Assembly (NCBI GenBank): GCA_934132925.1
Contig: CAKPAL010000001.1
Coordinates: 1 to 58,026 of the forward strand
Direction: 5' to 3'
Source of the DNA: an uncultured Bacilli bacterium
GTDB taxonomy: Bacteria > Bacillota_I > Bacilli_A > RF39 > UBA660
DNA length: 58,026 nucleotides
Positions 56,427 to 58,026 of this stretch are shown here, piece by piece. Made by a program: the position numbers and the translations under genes. Positions within the stretch are counted from its first letter, which is position 1, and every line of letters starts with the position of its first letter. The notes under the pieces are model-generated. The model searched no databases and was not told the origin of the DNA. It worked only from the letters and a program-made list of their open reading frames with translations.

Positions 56427-56905
56427 TGATTTTAATAACATTAGGTACTCAAGATAAGCAATTTACAAGATTACTTGAGTCAGTACAAAAAGAAATAGAT
56501 AAAGGTAATATAAAGGATGAGGTTGTGGTACAGGCTGGTCATACTAAATTTGAAAGTAAAGATATGGAAATATTTGATTTAATTGATAGAGAAAAGTTTG
56601 CAGATTTAATATCTAAATGTGATTTGCTTATTACTCATGGAGGTGTTGGTTCTATTATTACTGGGTTACAACATAATAAAAAGGTTATTGTAGCTCCTAG
56701 ACTTGCTAAATACGATGAGCATATGAATGATCATCAATTACAAATTACTACTAATTTTGCTAACGCTGGTTATGTATTACCATTATATGAAGATGATGAC
56801 TTAGGAGAAGTGTTAGAAAGAGCAAAGAAATTTAAACCTAAAAAATTTAGAAGTAATACTAGTAAAATGGTAAGAATAATAGATGAATTTATTAATGGCA
56901 ATTAG
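56426..56905 (+). CDS. Alg13-like catalytic subunit (GT28 C-terminal domain, PssE/Cps14G type)
   Basis: I prefer the ATG at 56426, which overlaps the upstream TGA. ILITLGTQ, ITHGGVGSI and DHQLQI motifs. Confidence 0.8.
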   Translation: MILITLGTQDKQFTRLLESVQKEIDKGNIKDEVVVQAGHTKFESKDMEIFDLIDREKFADLISKCDLLITHGGVGSIITGLQHNKKVIVAPRLAKYDEHMNDHQLQITTNFANAGYVLPLYEDDDLGEVLERAKKFKPKKFRSNTSKMVRIIDEFINGN

Positions 56906-56916
56906 TGGAGGTGTTT

Positions 56917-57915
56917 ATGAAGATATTAGTAACAGGTGGTACTGGTTATGTTGGTAGTCATACTGTGGTAGAGTTATTAAATAATAATTATGATGTAGTT
57001 ATTATTGATAATTTATATAATTCTAAAAGGGACGTAGTAGATAAAGTAGAGAGGATAACTGGAAAAAGTCTAGTATTTTATGAAGGTGATGTTTGTGATA
57101 GAATATTATTAAGAAAAATATTTGAAGAGCATAAAATAGATGCAGTAATTCATTTTGCTGGTTATAAGGCTGTTGGTGAGTCTGTACAAAAACCTATTAT
57201 GTATTATAGAAATAATATTGATAGTACACTTGCATTATGCGAAGTTATGAAAGAATATAATGTAAAGAATATAGTATTTTCTTCTAGTGCTACTGTTTAT
57301 GGAACTCCTAAAAGTTTACCTATAAAAGAAAGTGCTGAAGTTGGTCATGCTACTAATCCTTATGGAGAAACTAAAATTATAAATGAAAGAATACTTAGTG
57401 ATTTATATTATTCTGATAATAGTTGGAATATTGCACTACTTAGATATTTTAATCCAATTGGCGCACATAAAAGTGGCTTGATTGGAGAATCACCTAATGA
57501 CATACCTAATAATTTGATGCCTTATATTGTTAAAGTAGCCACTCATGAATTAAAAAAATTATCAATATTCGGTAATGATTATGATACTATAGATGGTACA
57601 GGAGTAAGAGATTATATTCATGTTGTTGATTTAGCAAAAGGCCATATAAAGGCTGTAGAATGGGTGATTAACAATAATGGAATTGATACTTTTAATTTGG
57701 GTACTGGTAATGGATATAGTGTACTTGAATTGGTTGAGGCTTTTAAAAGGTACAATAATGTTGATGTACCATACAAAATTGTTGGTAGAAGAGAAGGAGA
57801 TGTTGCTTCTTGTTATGCTGATGTTTCTAAAGCTAAAGATATACTTAATTGGACAGCAGAGTATGGTATTGAAGATATGGTAAAAGATTCTTATAATTTT
57901 GCTAAGAATAATTAG
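56917..57915 (+). CDS. galE: UDP-glucose 4-epimerase
   Basis: I prefer the ATG at 56917 (RBS GGAGGTG). Motifs ILVTGGTGYVGSH, SSSATVYG, YGETK and RYFNP. Confidence 0.95.
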   Translation: MKILVTGGTGYVGSHTVVELLNNNYDVVIIDNLYNSKRDVVDKVERITGKSLVFYEGDVCDRILLRKIFEEHKIDAVIHFAGYKAVGESVQKPIMYYRNNIDSTLALCEVMKEYNVKNIVFSSSATVYGTPKSLPIKESAEVGHATNPYGETKIINERILSDLYYSDNSWNIALLRYFNPIGAHKSGLIGESPNDIPNNLMPYIVKVATHELKKLSIFGNDYDTIDGTGVRDYIHVVDLAKGHIKAVEWVINNNGIDTFNLGTGNGYSVLELVEAFKRYNNVDVPYKIVGRREGDVASCYADVSKAKDILNWTAEYGIEDMVKDSYNFAKNN

Positions 57916-57924
57916 GATATTGCA

Positions 57925-57947
57925 ATAAAAAGTAATATTCTTTTTAT
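57925..57947 (+). terminator. weak AT-rich terminator candidate after galE
   Basis: ATAAAAAG - 7-nt loop - CTTTTTAT. There is no clean T-run. Confidence 0.3.
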
Positions 57948-58026
57948 ATTGTTGAGTTATAATACATATGTTACAAATTTAATATAAAAAAAGATACCAT
58001 TCTGGTATAATTAAGTTGACGACAAA

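Noticed and set aside
26073-57883. Short track ORFs nested in or antisense to larger genes in the remainder: 26073-26336(-), 34409-34603(-), 40840-41148(-), 42507-42812(-), 47376-47570(-), 48056-48280(-), 49616-49819(-), 53758-54006(-), 54457-54741(-), 54608-54826(-), 55718-55909(-), 57677-57883(+).
   Set aside because: Same reasoning: they overlap confidently assigned genes, have low-complexity translations, and show no RBS.
1-58026. Search for rRNA, tRNA, CRISPR arrays, IS elements, toxin-antitoxin pairs, reverse transcriptases or known defence genes.
   Set aside because: Intergenic regions are short, AT-rich and contain no cloverleaf-like GC-rich segments or regularly spaced repeats. No ORF showed transposase, RT, nuclease or defence hallmark motifs that I could recognise by eye.

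Overview
This is a 58-kb, strongly AT-rich chromosomal segment, coded almost entirely on the + strand. Gene content points to a low-GC Gram-positive (Bacillota-like): murE, RNase Y, ylxM, NodB deacetylases, LicD and TagD. All family calls come from motif recognition by eye; no searches were run.

Four blocks:
(1) 1-3.4 kb, housekeeping: MscS-like 3' end, HD hydrolase, NodB deacetylase, trmL, and two membrane-anchored thioredoxin-fold proteins.
(2) 3.5-24.0 kb, the main item: 21 consecutive same-strand ORFs. A complete Tad/Flp (type IVc) pilus module comes first: three secreted or anchored Cys-containing proteins, CpaB, CpaF/TadA, TadB, TadC, an unannotated 52-aa Flp-like ORF, a TadE-like protein and a TadZ-like protein. 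It runs directly into a Gram-positive-type type IV secretion module: VirB2-like hairpin proteins, VirB6-like, PrgI/VirB3-like, a split VirB4, an M23 hydrolase, a VirB8-like candidate and a VirD4 coupling protein. I recognise no relaxase, integrase, transposase or prepilin peptidase anywhere in the window, and the locus sits between trmL and rny.
(3) 24.1-41.6 kb, housekeeping: rny, nagZ-like, ftsY, ylxM, murE, DUF1015, rpsB, tsf and gpmI. Oddities here are a G10 tract inside a leader ORF just upstream of a long terminator hairpin and a TasA-like gene, a twice-repeated two-hairpin intergenic element with compensatory changes, a Clp-D1-only AAA+ protein, a soluble FtsK-like protein, and an S2 protein with a Rho_N-like tail.
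(4) 41.7-57.9 kb, a Wzx/Wzy-type cell-surface polysaccharide or teichoic-like cluster: TagD-oxidoreductase fusion, flippase, ATP-grasp, two PLP-fold enzymes, 2x LicD, 2x GT2, GT4, polymerase-like protein, deacetylase, Alg14/Alg13 pair and galE.

No rRNA, tRNA, CRISPR array or IS element was recognised.
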